A stretch of DNA of 64,000 bases from assembly GCA_051362555.1 (NCBI GenBank), contig CM120640.1, positions 67,186,788 to 67,250,787 of the forward strand, read 5' to 3'. A program made the position numbers and the translations under genes. This DNA is from Lingula anatina. Its lineage: Eukaryota; Animalia; Brachiopoda. A model generated the notes under the pieces. It had not been told where the DNA came from. It searched no databases and saw nothing but the letters and a program-made list of their open reading frames with translations. How positions within the stretch are numbered: position 1 is the first letter of the stretch; each line of letters begins with the position of its first letter. Shown one piece after another: positions 23,308-40,000 of the stretch.

Positions 23308-24672
23308 CTAGAAAAGGAAAAAAAGGAGAAAAAACACTGATTTAATGTGACGGAGACAGAAAGAGGATGGATTTAGTTCTTTCTTTCCTTTTTTTTTGTA
23401 TTTGACATCATTCTTCCTTGCATGCCTATAGAATGTGTATGCAAAAACCTTTCAAATAAAGTTTATGTAATTTACTGCAACAAAATTCTAACAAGGAAAA
23501 TTAAGCATTAAACAAAACACAGCTGAGGTCACAGTATTTGTTTGTAATATATGAGGTTCTGGGCAGAAATGTGATGCTTATGGGAACATCAATATGGACA
23601 AAATGTGTTCTACATGCATTGTCTACTCACTGGTGACGTAATTGCTATTTTCTGCTCATTTTTCAGGTAAATCACTATGCAGTTTTCTGTTTTATTGATT
23701 TTCTGAAACTCCTGGGTCACTTCCCTGATTTCCGTCATTGAAATTAGCTGTAAATGAGTCAGACACTATAAATCACATTTAGTTTTCCTTGCAGGCATAG
23801 GACAAAGTATAAAGATATTGCCATCTATTAAGATGAATTACAACAACTAAAGGGGCTTACAGTTATGAGTCTAAAGAAACACAGCAATAATGTATTGTTG
23901 GTGAACAAAGCAATTCTGTTTTAGGGTTATAACTGTCAGCTCACAAATTGCATTGTCTGTAATAGTAATTATAAAATATTGTATCAGCAATTATATTGTT
24001 CTTTGCTGTGAAACCATACATGTGATCACTGAAACCCCACCTCTACTGCTTTTCCTTTGACAATCTGTCCATCTCGGTTTTTATGGTAGAACTCCAGTCT
24101 GTTTGGATACAGCTTTAGGTGTTTCTTCTGCCAGGTCTGTAAGAACGGCCCTCCTAGTTTCAATATCTCGCCCTCCACAATACAGTCCGTTGGACCTGAA
24201 AGTTGAGGTTTTAAAGCAATTGTGACCAATATTTGAGATAAAAAAAAAGGAATTTTACACACAGGCAGTTAACATAATACAAACTTTTTGTCATGCCATT
24301 TTTCAGTGAAACTTGAATCGCTTCACAAAACTGTCCACTTGGTTTGTTACCCCTGTCCATTAACACTAATTCATTTATGAGATCCCATGCACTGTAATTC
24401 TCTAGGGATAATTAGGATTTCTACTCATATTTTTTCATTGAGTCATTCCCAATTCACTCTCAATTTGGGTAAGAAACTATGTATCAATGTCATTGCTTAA
24501 CTGAAAGAGAGCATTTAAAAAGATTCAAACAGTAATCTATTTTATCAAAGTAGTATGAAAAATAGACTAGAGACAGAATCTCACTGCATGGCTCCATTAC
24601 CAGTTAATAAACAAGACACTGTATTACTGACACACACACACACATCTACACACACATCTACACACACACACA

Positions 24673-24738
<66 letters not shown>

Positions 24739-27700
24739 ATTAATCTGTGTTTGGGCCTAAAAATGTCACAAGATTTAGTTGACAAATAACAGTAATACCC
24801 TTAATTCACTTTTATATTGGTAATGGAATCTAAATACTAACAACAGCAAAATGATGTGCAAGGAAAAGAAAGAGCCCTTAAATATGAGCTTAAATAAGGG
24901 AAGACTGTAACCACACTAAAACAATCAAGTAGCATGTATATTGCATTAAACTTGTTGTTGTGATCAAATCCCATTAAACATCTACAGCTAAGCATACCTG
25001 TAATTTTATACACATACATATAAAATGACTTTAATTGTATGAAGGATTTACCCTCAGCCTCTTGCACCAGATGGCATTAATCTATCTCTTCCTAATATCC
25101 TAACATGTGACTATATCAAACAGTACATTTGTAGATGAAAAATAAGCCTTCACCACAACCATCATCACACTAGTATTAAAAAGGTCATTTCAAGGTTTTT
25201 GTTCTTTATTGACCTCATTTCCATTTATGTCACCATCGAGACATCAACCACTATCAATTTATTTCTTCCTATCATATAGTCATGCCAAACATTACATTAG
25301 CAGATGAATGATCTCCCTCTACCACAATCATCATCATCATCATACCAGTATCAAATTCATCATTTCGAGGTTTCTGTTTTCTTTTCAGCTCTATTCTGTC
25401 CGTGTCACCATTGATGGCATCAAACACTGTCTCCGCCACTTCTTGCTGCCACCGTTCAGACACAACTAACGGGAAGTTCTTGTAGAGTTCTTGGTCTGCC
25501 TCAGTAAGCTGAAAGGACAATTCACTCACATTATGATATTTCTAATCATGATATAATTTTATTAGATATTCACAAAATAGCAAATGGCATGTGATTATGC
25601 CATCTGATTTAATCTCATTACTGCAATAACCGTACTGTTTCTGTTTTTCCATGAACTCGTGATCTATTGGTTAACACTAATTCCTTTCACTGCCAAAATG
25701 GCAAACATCTGCTATCAATCTTCTTAGCACATTTCTTATCTTTAACGTTTGGTATTACCCCTGTGTACAGATACCTAAAGAAAAATGCCAATAATCTATA
25801 CCTTGTACTTAAACAATTGGTTTCAAATGACAACAAAAACTGTGGTAATTTCATATTAGCAAGAGAAGATTGGCAAAATCACTATTGGGGAAATAAAAGT
25901 GTTATCTTTGGTAAAGTGAGAGTTTTTTATGTAAAATTGCTGACATTTACTTGTGTGAGAGAGAGAGAGAGAGAGAGTTAAATAAGCAACATCAAGATCC
26001 TATTTGTGTCCATTAATAATGGTAACCTCTCCACATACATTAACAGAAAAAACAGAATAAGCCTTCACCACAGCCAATATATAGAGAAGGCAATCTGCAA
26101 CATTATCATGTATTATGTATAACTGTGATTGCCTTCTATATTATTTCTAATGTTAGAAATAGAATGCTGACATATTACATATGTCCCATACCTTGATGCC
26201 TTTTGTGTCCTCCTCATCAAAGGAGCCAATATCAAATGCATCTGCAGCATTGACCTCTCCCCGAGGAGGTATAAGTGGAGGTGGAATCTTTTGGAGATAC
26301 ACCTGAGTCCAGTCAATCCCCTTAAAATAGCTATGTTCCTTCACCTCGGGGGCCCTGGAGGATTAAAAAGAAAATATTTTTTTTTGCGTAAAAAGCATGT
26401 AATGGTTTAGTTTCATTCCAAAACTGGATGCATCTTATGTGATGAAAAAAATTATGGTGAAGTTTTAGTTGACAGATTCTTATAAATGACAATACAACAA
26501 CTTTACATATGAATGTTTCACCATTCACTTACCCTCTCCCCCTACACCCTAGCCTCTCCTCCACATTTCTATACAGTAAACCCTCCAATACACCCTTCAT
26601 TTCTGGGGTCATTGAGTCTGGTAACTCTACATTCTGAAAATATAAAATAGGGCAGTAAGTTTTTAGTTTGTTTAAGAGTCAAAGAAAATTGGAAATTGCT
26701 TTTCCATCTCATCTTATAATCATATTGCTTTTTCATCTTATAATCAATACAAATTAAGGGAGAGATTATTCATCATTTGTATTAAATCTTTGTTTTATCT
26801 TGATTGGAAAAGCTTTGAACCATTTAAATGGATTTTTTATCATGTGTATGTAGGGCAAATAGTTTTATAAAGCTACATTTTTATACATTTTTAAATATCA
26901 AACACTTTTAACTATTCTCAACTTTGAACACCTTTTAAACTCTTTAAATTTTGAAGACAGGTGATATAACTTAACTCCTTATGGTCACATATATACTTTC
27001 AAATTCAAATGTATTTGTATTCAGCCCCAAGAGAGTGTGTTTCCCCCCCTTTAAACCTATTGCCACGACACAATGTCTGTATTTTAGTTTGCATGACTTA
27101 TTTCTGTACATAGGGAATTCTTCAATGTGTACCCATACATGAAGAGGATGAAAAGCTTCAGTATCAACTTTAGCTTACATCAAGGTACAGTCCATGTGGT
27201 TCTCCTTGTGCAAAGCTTTAATTATTCAGTTTTGATGGCCTGTAGTTGTCTGATGTCTCAAAGGCACACTACAGCCTTTTCATTAATAAATTTATAGCCC
27301 ACACTTAAAAAAATGTGTTAAGTGAAAATATGTCTTTAAAAATTAAAAAAAGGTACGTTACCATTGACATTGATTAAATCGACCTAAAAAGGACATAGTT
27401 TTTAATGGGTGCCATATCATGTAAGTGTGATAGTTGAATTGGACTGAAAATAATTTCACTTTTTCTGCAAAATCCACAAGTACGTCTTAAAATTGTTGAA
27501 GATCTCCTGACAATATTTTCCTTCTCTTACATTTATAAAGAAATACAGCAATTAGAATCAGTGACACTGTAAGGTCTGCATTAACTACTGACTGTAACTA
27601 ACGACTTCCAGGCACCGTTCCGGGCCCCAGTTCATCACCGGTAGCACAACAAAGATCAGCTTCTTTTTAAATAGGATAAAAGCCACTGGAATTAGATTAT

Positions 27701-27994
27701 AAATGATCTATAGTCTGGGTGCTTCTCCTTACTCATTAATCATGCTAGCGAAGCAAAGCAATTATTTTTTCGTGCGAAAAAAATACATGCAGATTTTTTT
27801 CTTGGTAAAAGGCATTTTGAAAAAAAAAAAAAGCCTTATACACTTGGCGGGTCACAAAGTAAAATGATGGTGCACAGAGTGACATATCATAATTCTGGGA
27901 CAGCTGTAATATCCTTACCATAGTCATTGTCATCCTATCAATTTCATGTTTGTCTTTGGTCTTGTGCTGTCTAAATGGACTATGGCTGAAACAG

Positions 27995-28074
<80 letters not shown>

Positions 28075-31000
28075 ATGTTGGCATGTATCTAAACTGGTTA
28101 TATAATAATTAAAATGGTCAGTAAAACTTTTGACTTCTTGAACAAAATTTGCATAATTGGCTATACATTAACAGATGGCTAAGGTTAATCAATTTGGCTG
28201 TAACTTATCTTTTGAGACTTTTAGAGATAATTATAATTTCTAACAGACATTTGCATAATGCAGAATGGGTTAGTGAATATCAAAATTGACTATGGATTGA
28301 AAACCAGCATTATCAATGTTAGATTCAGTCCCTGTTAAAAATGCTCATATGCTGCTCTGGCCTTCTAATAGATATGCAAGTCTGATATTTTCAATTTTTG
28401 CAGCAAAATCTAATTCATAAACAAATTTTACAGTAAAATAGTTATAACATCTAAATATAATTGTTATGTTTTCAAACTGCACAGTAAAATCCAGTTGGAC
28501 AAAATTATGAATAAATTATCCACAAAATTACATTAGAGAAGTACAGATGGTCCCTCACCCTTTTAAAAGTTTGTATAGCATACAACCAAAAGAGAACCAA
28601 TCTGCACTGGAGTCATAGGCCGTGCCTTTGGATAGCACCTCAGGTGCCATATACCCATGTGTGCCCCTGAAAGACACAATGGAAGAAAAATTATCATGAC
28701 AACTTTATTCACACAACAGCTTTGACATATCATATATAAACCTAATAAAGTTGGGATGCTTATTAACAAACAGTCTTGTATCTCACACCTGACATATCAA
28801 TAAGGAACATCTCAATATCCTGACACGGCTGATGACAAACTTAAGGTATTATGTGATATCACAGAATGTAATCTGGTTAATACAACTAACATTTGGCAAA
28901 GACTGAATGCAATCATCTTACTTAAAAACAAGAACAAATGAAAAGGCGAATCACAATGCAATATATCTGCAGCCAATGCATCTAGATGTATTTGCAATTT
29001 TGATTATACAGGTCACAAAGTACAATTAATCACATGAAAGCCAATTAATCCCTTCTTGCAGTCCAAAATGTCGTTCGCCATTTTGTGAATTCAACCCACA
29101 GAGCTGGGAGATTATCAGACTCATCAATTAGAAATTGAACACATTAATTTCCTGGTATCTACACTGACATGCCTTTTAGTGAAATTGAAAAACCTCTGCA
29201 ATTTTGTATAAATGCAATTTTGGAAACATGATATATCAGATATATCAATGCCATTACTGCTGCAAACATATGTCACAGATGTATATTGAAATATGACCTT
29301 ATATGATACCATTTCCTATGTTAAAACTTCATCCATCCCCCTCATTTTGAAAATCATAACAAAACTGAACTCGAATTCAACAACTTTAAGAACTGTTAAC
29401 ATTAAGTACAACTTTTCAAACATAGAAATAACTTGTGAAAACAGGTCTAAGTATTAAGTGCAAGAAAACCTGTAATTGGCTTTTTTCCATAGCAAAGCTC
29501 ATACAATCCAGCAGACATCCCACAACAGAAAATCAATACTGATTAACTTACACACTGGCATGGGGCTTCTTCTTTGAAAAATCACAAGCCAGGCCCAAGT
29601 CGGATATCCTCACATGACCATGTTCATCCAATAGGATATTGGCTGGCTATAAAATAAAAACATAAATTAGCTATCAACCAGACATATGAATTCTCTAATG
29701 TACAATTTATGTTACTTTGCAAGACTTTACAGCTTTAACAGTAAAACATGTCCACTAATACAAAATTTATATTGTGTAAATTTTAAATCTCATAAAATCA
29801 AAACCCTATTCTAATGACAATCAAGTTGTCATCAATGTTAAGGTGGACATTTCTGTACTGCCCAGTATCAATAATATCACATGTAGTTCAGAGCTACAGA
29901 AATAAAATGTCTGTCCTACAGGTGAACAGAGGTTTTTATCTACAGATAAAGCTATAAAAAATTGATAGCACCAGATTTTCAATTAGATGGAATTTAACAG
30001 CACAGGGCTGTCACCTGAATATATGCAGTATACATGGTTATATAATGTTTGCATACTCCTTGGTCTCTATTATTTAATGCTTGGCAAAGGTAATTACCCT
30101 GAATGTGTCATTTCCTGGGGATGACCCAGTTAGAATGAATAATAGATGCAGGCATAGGATAAAAATGCTATCATTTATATGTACTATTAGCTGGGCTCAA
30201 AGAGACATTTTGGTATAGACTGAGTTTGTTCTGGATTTGCTGTCATTTTCTAATTACAGATATACAAATAGTTTTATTTCCTGAACAAAATATTGAACTT
30301 TTTGTGTCCCTTTTCAATCAAAGTCTCAGAATTCTCTTCAATCTCACTTTGAAAATAATTTCAGAAAATGCAAAACCATCATATATTAAACTCACAGAAA
30401 AAAGAACATTCTTTTTCACTCTTTCACTCTTTTCCAAGCTCATCAATAATGATCTAATGCAAAACCTGTCTCAGTTGATTTGTACAAGGCCCCCACAAAA
30501 TTAAACTATAAATCAAATGACACTTTAACTTGCTATCAAATACAAAGCAATAAAAAATTACAAGTAGCAGGTTCCATTGATGCCTTTCACAATTGACGTG
30601 AAATTGCGTGTCACCTGATGAAGTGGCCGATGCAAGAAGTTGATGGGCATCCAGAGACCAGTCAATCACTGGGTTATCAACCCACAATTTCTTTTAAAAA
30701 AAAAAACCTACTGGCATAAAAATCTAATTCTTCAAAGATAATTTTTTTCACGTCTCACAAGATTTAACTTATTTTCGTTGGGTGATATCTATAGCTGTAA
30801 CATGTAGGCGTGTGAGCATTCAAAGCTGTATGTATGTTAGAAGCAGAATGCAGAAAGTCTAATTATAATGAACATTTCAGTAATATTAATTTTATAGAGT
30901 AGCTGTCTGGTTTCTTTACAGAACTGCTGATCAATATCATTCACTGCATCCCTATGCAGTATTTTAACACAATTACCAATATAACATTTCAGCAAAGATT

Positions 31001-34000
31001 ATTTTATTGCCAATGTAAGTTTCTAGGCCCCAACACAATATCTATACCCATAGGACTGGATTATAATGGCAACCCAGTATGCTACTTATATTGATTATCA
31101 AGTTTGACATGTACAGCCATTCTAAAAAATACTCTACACATGTAATAACTGTTGCAGAGTGGGAGGAAAATATTCCAAGAACAACATTTCTATGTCAACA
31201 GAAAGTGATCACACAGGGCAATTTTCAGTTCTTGTCACTGGAATGGTTTATTCAGGAAAGCCAGTATGATATTTATATTGATAATCAAATCTTAAGAGGA
31301 TTGCTCGTCTAAAAAAGATTCCACAGATGTTGCTAGATGGCAGGAGAATGCTATCAAAAAATGGCCTGCTCCTGTCTACAGAGTGATCACAAAGCTTATT
31401 CTATTTTAGCATGTTTGTTAAAATGTCTTCTTTTTATTTTAGGGAATGCTTTAAAACAAAGAAGACAAATCCAATTAGAGGTTTTTAAATTAATATTGTG
31501 TGCCAAAAAATTTTTTTTTCTGAAAACAAATGAAATTTAAGGTTTTGGTTTTATAGCTGCACAGAATCAATGACAATGTCATCAACTTGCTTAAACTTAA
31601 CAGAATAAATCTTCCTTTCCAATCAACTCTCTTGTATTCTCTTGGGGGGAAAAGTACTTAGATAAAAGAAAAACGAGCTGCGGGGACAACCCCTAACAGT
31701 ATTCTGTACATGTTGTATTGGTTACCATCGCCAGCCTTGTGAACTAAATATATTAATAAGGAGATTAATGAATTAACAATGTACATTTACTGTTAATATC
31801 TTTTATTAAGGGTTTTCCAATGATCCAAAGGGAAGAACATTGTAGAATAATGACAGAAAGAAATGTAAGTGTCACTCTTAATGTATTAACTGAATCAGGG
31901 ATGTGACTGCCATTTAGTAAAGAATTTGGAAAATATGTTGTGGAGTCCAGGGGGGGGCACCTAGACCAATGATATTTTTGGCTCCCAAAAAGTCAAAAAC
32001 CTGTCAACAGTTGGAAAAATCTCATCCCTGCAGAAAACAGTGTCTAGAAAAAAAAGTAATAAGTAAGAGAACAGATCAGTATTAGAGAATCATTATCTAA
32101 TATCTTAACATGGTGGGTAGACCATCAGGAAATTAGCAACATCGCTTTTAAGTGGGGTCGGCCATATTTAGTCGGCAGATCAGTTAGTCGTCAGATCGTC
32201 TTTTCTGAATGTGCTCTTATTCTTGCTATTGTCCCAACTGAGCTATAGTCTTCTAACTAGACAATAGACCGGAAATCTAGCCCCATTATCGTTAATGACC
32301 CGGTTGTATGTGCATTACATGCATGCCTAACTGTGGTGTCGAGACAAATGGTGCCTAGTTTTTCTTGTCTTGTCCTTAGTGCTTCATTTTTTAAATTGCA
32401 ACGATAAATGGTGTGAATAATACAATATTTAATGAATAATGAAATTACACTGTTATCTCAGCTACTGAAAAATTGACAAGAAAAGTTCGAGTTTTCAATG
32501 GTCTGTTTGACTGATTGTTGTAAGACAGACCCTTTTCATCACAGAACCCCCCCCTCCTCCTCCCGCTAAAACCACCACCAAGCTGGTGAGCAGTACTGCC
32601 ATAGTCTATCCTAAGAGCCCTACTATAAATGTTTATTAGTTGATTCACACCATTTCTCACATTTAGCTGATCTCTTCCTATTGTTTTTAGTTGATTTTTT
32701 ATTGCTAAAATGTACAAACAATAGACCTGCCCATTGAAGAAATATGCTACCTGTAAACCATCATTTTTCACCTGGGCTTGAATAATGTGCTACAGAAGGA
32801 AAATAAGAGATATAGCTAACAACAGCTACAGAAGGAACACTGGAGATACAGCTAACCACTGTTACAGAAGGAACACAGAATAGATAACACTGCTTTAGAA
32901 AGAACACAGGAGAGATACCTCACCACAGATATAGAACGAACACAAACCGCTGCTTCATCTCTATTATCAGGCATTGTTCTTCCTGATATGACTGCAATTA
33001 TTATCAAGGGAACACATACAGGAAGGGCAAAGATAAAACTAAATTCAGTCTATTCAGTAAGACAATACCACACCACAGACGGCTGCAGGCAAGTAACAAG
33101 ATTTGCTGAACCTTAAGAAACAGTTCACAGAATTTCCATGTGAAATTGAATTTCAGGCTGGCTTCCACGTACCTTAAGGTCCCTATAGACAACATAACGA
33201 TTGTGCATATGTTCCAAACCAAGGATGACCTCTGCAGCATAAAACCGGACTTCTTTTTCTGAGAAGACACCATGCTGTGAGAGATGGTAGTGAAGGTCCC
33301 CACCATTCATTAAGTCCAAAATGAAGCAGAGCTTCTCAGGAGTTTGAAATGCATATGTCATACATACTATGAATGGGCTTCCCTCCTAAAAAAGACAATA
33401 GTATAATTTAGATCAGTAATTCCTTATTACAGAGGAACTTTTTTTACTAAGAAACCGTTTCATGTTCAAGCAGCCATCAAGTTAACAAAAACTAGTTTGT
33501 TTGATAAGCTCAGTCTGGAACATTAAATAACTGGAGTTGGCTAGAAACATTTTGTACCTGAAAGAAATCATGAAGACTTAAAGATTTGTCAAATGCTGTT
33601 TTTTCAAACAAAGCACATAAAGAGTGACTCATTACGAAGTACTGGGATTCAAGTTTCCATTTCTGATGAATGAACTAAAATTGATAATCAATAAATTCAT
33701 TACATTCATCATTACATTAACATAAAGTTAAAAGTAATGTCTTACAAATAAACATTAAACTGATTACATAAAATAGACAATAAATACAGCCACTTACCCC
33801 TGTGCTGACCAATGACAACATTATTCTTTCATTTAGGGCTAATGTTTCTCCTCCTTTCATCTTTATTCTCTTTTTGTCTAAACACTTCATTGCATACCTA
33901 AAAAATAAATCGTTATTTTAACAGAATACAAATTCTATAAATTTAACTGTATTTTTCATCTGCCATTTGAAACAGTTTTACTTCTATAGTATAATTATAA

Positions 34001-37000
34001 ATAATTAACTTTTCCCAGGCATTAAACACTGATAACTGAGAAAAATTTATTATACGACATACAGGTATAGCTATTTAAACAGTGAGTCTTATTAACATAA
34101 AAATAAATGTGAAAAGCCTTTATTCTTTAAACAGCTAGGATCCCCTGCCTGTGAATATCTTGGTTCTTATTCATGGCAGACATGCATAACGGGGTTTACT
34201 TGCACTGATCAAATTTGAAGGAAAAACTAACTGTGAACCCTAGGGTGACCAGTTAAGGAGGCAAAAATGTCTCTGTAGCACGAATTGGTGGAGTTGGGAC
34301 AGGAATACACTGTCATTTTACTTGATTAAAAGAATCGTGATTCTTAAGATTGAATGAAAATCTTATTTCCTAGCAACTATATTTCGAATTTCCCATTTTC
34401 TACTTTAATGGTGATTTCAGCGTCAACCTTTTACAACAAGTGCTCTAAGGAAGGTCTTTTTCATGACACACATCCAGCCTCAACAGCCATTTATTGATTT
34501 TGTAAAACACAAAACTTCTACCTAGCATCAATACAAAAGTGCAGTCAGAATGTGAATTCAAACTGAAATTACCAGTAATAATAGCAAGCTTAACCAATCA
34601 GGGTTTACTACACAGACTAAGTTAGTGTTTGAGAGATAAAAATGGTACAGCTCATTATAGTGGTTTAAATGCTGGACCACCATGATCAAATATTCATCAT
34701 TTCTCTTACTAGCTATACTTCATATGGGATATCACTAACATATGTTCTCCGTATGAATTCCTTTTCATTCAAACTATATTATACAATAACTTTTTAATAT
34801 ACATATTTTCGGAACATGTACCCTGAACCACTCTCATTCCCTGGCCAGTAGGAAAAAATTGCCCTGAGCAGATGATGACATATTACATTCAAACTGCTAA
34901 CTGAACATGTTCATCCTGCCATCCATTCAGGGTTGTCATGCATGATCTAAAGGCTAATCAGTCTACCCAAGGCCTGAAGTGGTTCTTGACTGCTGTTCCA
35001 TGTGGTCTCCAGGACAATAGCTGAGTGTAGGCAGGCGTGGGAGGGGGGAGGCAATGGGAGTGGAGACAGCTCTTCAAATAGTCTTTATGCAGTGCACAAA
35101 TCAATGCTGTTATGTGTACAAGAGGGGATGGTAATGGGGGTGGGGGTGCGGGGGTTGTGCAGTCTGGTATATTCATTAAATAAAGTATTTTGGACTTGGG
35201 TCACAGAGCTGGTGAAAGCAGAATTAAAGAATGGCAGAATTATAACTTGCTGTGGTTCAGGAACCAGACAACAACTTCAATTTCCAAACTGGAATACCAT
35301 AAAATCAGATCTATAATACCACTCTCTTCGTCTGCACAGAATACTTCATTATCCCAAAATTTCCTCTCACTCTTCTTACAAAGAACAATTGCCAAAAATA
35401 AATCTATAAGATATTTGGCACTTAAGTCACATTTTCTCTGACAGGCACCATAGTTCCAATCAAACACTGTGCGGCAGAGTCATATTATTTCAACTGCATT
35501 AAGCAGAGTATTGATACATATTGGCAAGGCTTCCAAATTATATCCTCCAAGCAAAGGAAACTAAAAGAAATCCATCAATTGCTACCTATTATAGCTTTGG
35601 TATTTTCCACTGCAAACTAAGTTTTCTTCCAGAAATGATGGTGTTTTAACAAGCTGACAACCTGCTGCTAGTGTGGGGGCACAGAGATGTGTAATCAAAC
35701 ATTTAACAGCTGATCAAAGAGACGGGAAACTAGATGTAATCACAGACACAATCATCTAGCACTTCATTTCCTAGAAAGCTGTCAGAAATGACCTATAACA
35801 GATCAATACATGTCCTGTTACATAGTTCTAGTCATTCCAGGCACTGGTTCATACCCTGGGAAACTGGTTATACTTCACAAAGATGGCCCTTGTTTTAATG
35901 ATGAACCTAAGTCACAGAAGTTCTGGTCTTCTGCGTGTATGAAATGGTTTCCACTGGCCAGTCACACAACAAGGCAATGACCTAATGAATTCATTCCAAA
36001 GCACATTATCAGCTTTCTGTCTTGTTCCAATAATCTCTGAGGTATATGTACAGTGTATATGTAATTGCTGAGGAACTTTTAGCAGGAAATGTGTATTCTA
36101 AAGTAAAATATTAATTTTAGGGGACTGACTGGCTTATCCCTACATATTACACACAGTTCAATATAAAAAATAAGTAAATAAATTACAATATTCAAATTAA
36201 GCTTATATTTTGCCTCTCTGCACTGTCAAATTCATATAGGAAATAGAGAACTTACAATATTTCTTACAGAAAGTTATCCAATTATACAATTTACATCATT
36301 TGATATCTACTAAATATATCCAATGTCAAAGCCATTTTGAAACAACAAAATAAAGGTTTGAAAGTATGTCAACTTCAATAACCAGGCAAGTGTCCTTGGC
36401 ATTTCTGTCCACTTACTGCAGACAATAAAAAACACAAACACAATTTCCCCCATCATTGCACTACAATATCATGACAAGTTTGTTGAGAGCTTATATCCTC
36501 AAACACTAACAGTATTAATTATATTATTGGTGTGTACTCTTTCAATTGTTACAGGAGCTGTACTCACATTTTTCCTGTGTCTGCCTTTCTACAACCATAC
36601 ACCTCTCCAAAGCCACCCCTGCCTATAATCCTATGTACACTGAAGTCATTCATTGTTAACTGAAAAAAGAAAAGAACCACATGTGAAATTGAGAAAAACT
36701 GGAACCAGGGCTATTCATTCCTTGGCACCATTTAGAGATAAACTCAGAATTAAAAAACAACTAAGCCTGGACTACATTTGCAATGCCAGTATGGCTTCAG
36801 GTTTTTTCTTTTTTTGAAAAATTTAAGATATATAGCAAGGAAATGTATAAATGTAATATCCAGATTTTAGCATAAAATTATGCCCCTTTGAAATATATAT
36901 ATCAAATCAATTGCTATCAGCTTCAAACAAGCAAACAAAATAAGTAGGCAAAATACACACATGGACTCTTCACTAAGTGACTACTTACATTAATATTAAG

Positions 37001-40000
37001 CTCTAAATTTTTCCACTGTAAAAACCTTGTATATTTTTCGCTGAAAAAATAAATAAATAAAACTAGTAAACAATGCAGTATTTAAAACCAGAGACAAATT
37101 AAGCAGTTCTAACAAGACATTCACTGTTTATATTCTACACTAAGATCACACAGTGAATCAAGTAATTAAATCACTCTCATTGCACATAGTGTAATTACAC
37201 AATTGATTTTTCATTAGTCTGCATCTTCACATACAAACCATTTGCTTCATTATACATTCAATTAAATTGACATTCCTGATAACTCAATCACGCAAGATAT
37301 TTCATAAAATGACACAACTAATTCTTTATTGCCCTGAAAAGGAATAACTATAAAAGGGCCAATGCTTTACTGTCTTCTTGAAAAAAGTATACAAAAGCAA
37401 AGGTTGAGTTTGAGAACAAATAAAGTAGCTCACGACTGAGAATGATTGGTAGAGAATAATTGTATCTGACAACATAAAAGCCATACTAAAAACCACCAGG
37501 AACTCTTCAGCAATTGTACTCCTAGTCTCACCATTAATGTTTTCACCTTTGATTTGGGATCAGTGTAGTCACATCTGTGACATCAATAAAAACCTTTTAC
37601 AGCATCAAGCACAAAAGCAGACCCTTTTTTTGCACTAAAGCAAATATTTCTAACAATAAAAAGAGGACACAGGTTCTATTAAAATTTCTCTTCATGAAAA
37701 TGGAGTTAAATTTTGTCCAGATAAAGTAAGAGATACAATGGTCACAGTTTAAACAGTTCAATCTTCCTATGTTTTAGTTTTTATTTCAAGTAGGTCCCTG
37801 ACTGATACCCTTCTTTTTACTCAACAGTCACTGCACTGGCTATATGACTCAGGAAGTACATACAGAATAATAGAACAGTAGAGTGCAATCAAACCTCTCT
37901 CTAATGAATTTATACCTAAAACACGTTTTGTTTAAATCCTGTGCTGAACACAGCCATAAATGGACCAATTATCAACCTGTACCAGTTAGACCTACTGCAG
38001 TTCTACATCGGGTGCTGTTTCTGAAACTGGCTGATACCTTTTTTTTTCCAGGTACACAATGAAAATTTCATTTGAAATTTTTATCTTTTTTATTGACATA
38101 CCTCACAAACAAAAAGAAAAAAAGAATGGCACATCTCACACAAGGATTTCCAGATAACACAAATTATTTAAGATATGTGCAGGATTTCCACAGCCATACA
38201 CATCACCTATGGAGACTAGTCATTTCCTGGTAATCATGAAGCATATGGATCTCCATGGAATTCTATGTGGGAGTTTGGAAATCTAAAAACCTGCTCAAGC
38301 AGTTGAGTGTTTTTTCTCCATGAAGTTTGGGTTTAGACATTTATGGCAAATGGTATAGTATACTATTGCCTATATTGCTTTGTATAATGATCCATCATTA
38401 CATTACTGTAATTGATCACTATATATCAACAATCCAATATGGTTTAAATGTACTGCACCATATTCAGGCAAAACACAAAATACAATGTCAAAGGATAATT
38501 GGAGAGGATAACTTTCATACACATTTTGTTTTCCTCTCAAAATTTTGAAATGTTGTCAAATTTTAGTTCAGTAAAACCAATTGTAGGAACATCATTTCAA
38601 ATGGACAGGTTTATGCTGTATAATAAAATAAAGCAACAGGGAGAGCAATCATTTTGCTTCCCATCAAAATAACATATTTTCTCCCATTTTCCCACTTGAT
38701 TATGGCGATTTCAAAATTATGGTTGAGCATTTTATATGCAACTTCTTTAACATTAATTCATTGCCAACAAATATTACTTAAACAGCAGACAGTGAAATGA
38801 AACCTATTTGTTGTTTTTATAGTACAGCTACACATGAATCCTCCTACAATTAAATTTAGCCCAGTAAATTAGTTTGTTGTAATCAATTAGTATTAATGAA
38901 TTTGGTTGGTAGATTCAGTGCAAATTTTTGCATTCCCTTGGTTGGTTTTCCACACGCAAAAGACTATGTGTTCTCTCTCCATGTTCATTTACCTTAAGGA
39001 CATCTATGTATTGATGAAGGTAGACAGTCCCCAGTGACAGATAGATAACACTTGGTCCTGTAGCTGAGAGGAAGATAAAATTTTTTTCTCAAGAAACATT
39101 ATGCCACTTTCAAGAAATGCTGGGCCTCTCGGCAAGGAATAGTTACTAGACAACTGATAGTAAGTGCTTGACTTGGAATTTAGGCAAATGGGAAACTTGG
39201 CTAGGGATCTCCATTTTTTTCAGAATTCTTCATTGTTAATCAAAACAAATAGTGCAAATCACCATAATGTAATATGACAAGAATTGCAAGGTATGTGACA
39301 CCTGCACACCATGGCCTATTAGACACATACTGAGAAAGGAAAAAAAAGACATTTACTGAGAAAAAAGGTCAATATGCAAAGAAAAGAAAGCCTAGTAAAG
39401 TGGCCCAATGTTTGAACTGGCTTCTGACAAGACACTTTCACCTTATAATGAAAGTCATCAGTCTCCAGGTTGCCTTCTCTGTCCCTTATCTCTCAGGCAC
39501 AGATGCCTCACAGAATGTAACTGTGTTTAATAATACATAATAAAAGAAGCTCCCTGAAGAAATTATCCAGGTCAGTGGCCATGTTCCTGCTATCCATATT
39601 CCAACAGCAACTCTAATAGTAACAGCAGTTGTATTGTCATGGACATCATCTTTACCCATTAATTTGCTGAGCTTATAATCACTTGTTAATATAACCATTT
39701 CTATTCATCGTGTCATCAGTGCAATATTCATTGTATGCTTAAACTGTGAAGAAACAAAGCTGATTATCAATTGATTAAATGTAACAGTTTCACAGCCGTT
39801 GGGAATTGCTAAGATAAAAGACATCTACATAAATTAAATCCCAGACATCCCAATACAATATGGACACCAGTTCTTCAGGTTCCTGCATCTTCACAGATAT
39901 AACTAACTTTGAATGGGAAAAAATAAGAGTAAATTATACAACAAATAGCAGCTCTGTTTTAAAAACAGAAGTCATTTTAACCAGTAGTTATAGTGATAAT

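Noticed and set aside
32789-32945. Spaced repeats that superficially resemble a CRISPR array
   Set aside because: Eukaryotic intron, degenerate tandem units without unique spacers, and no cas genes; an ordinary minisatellite.
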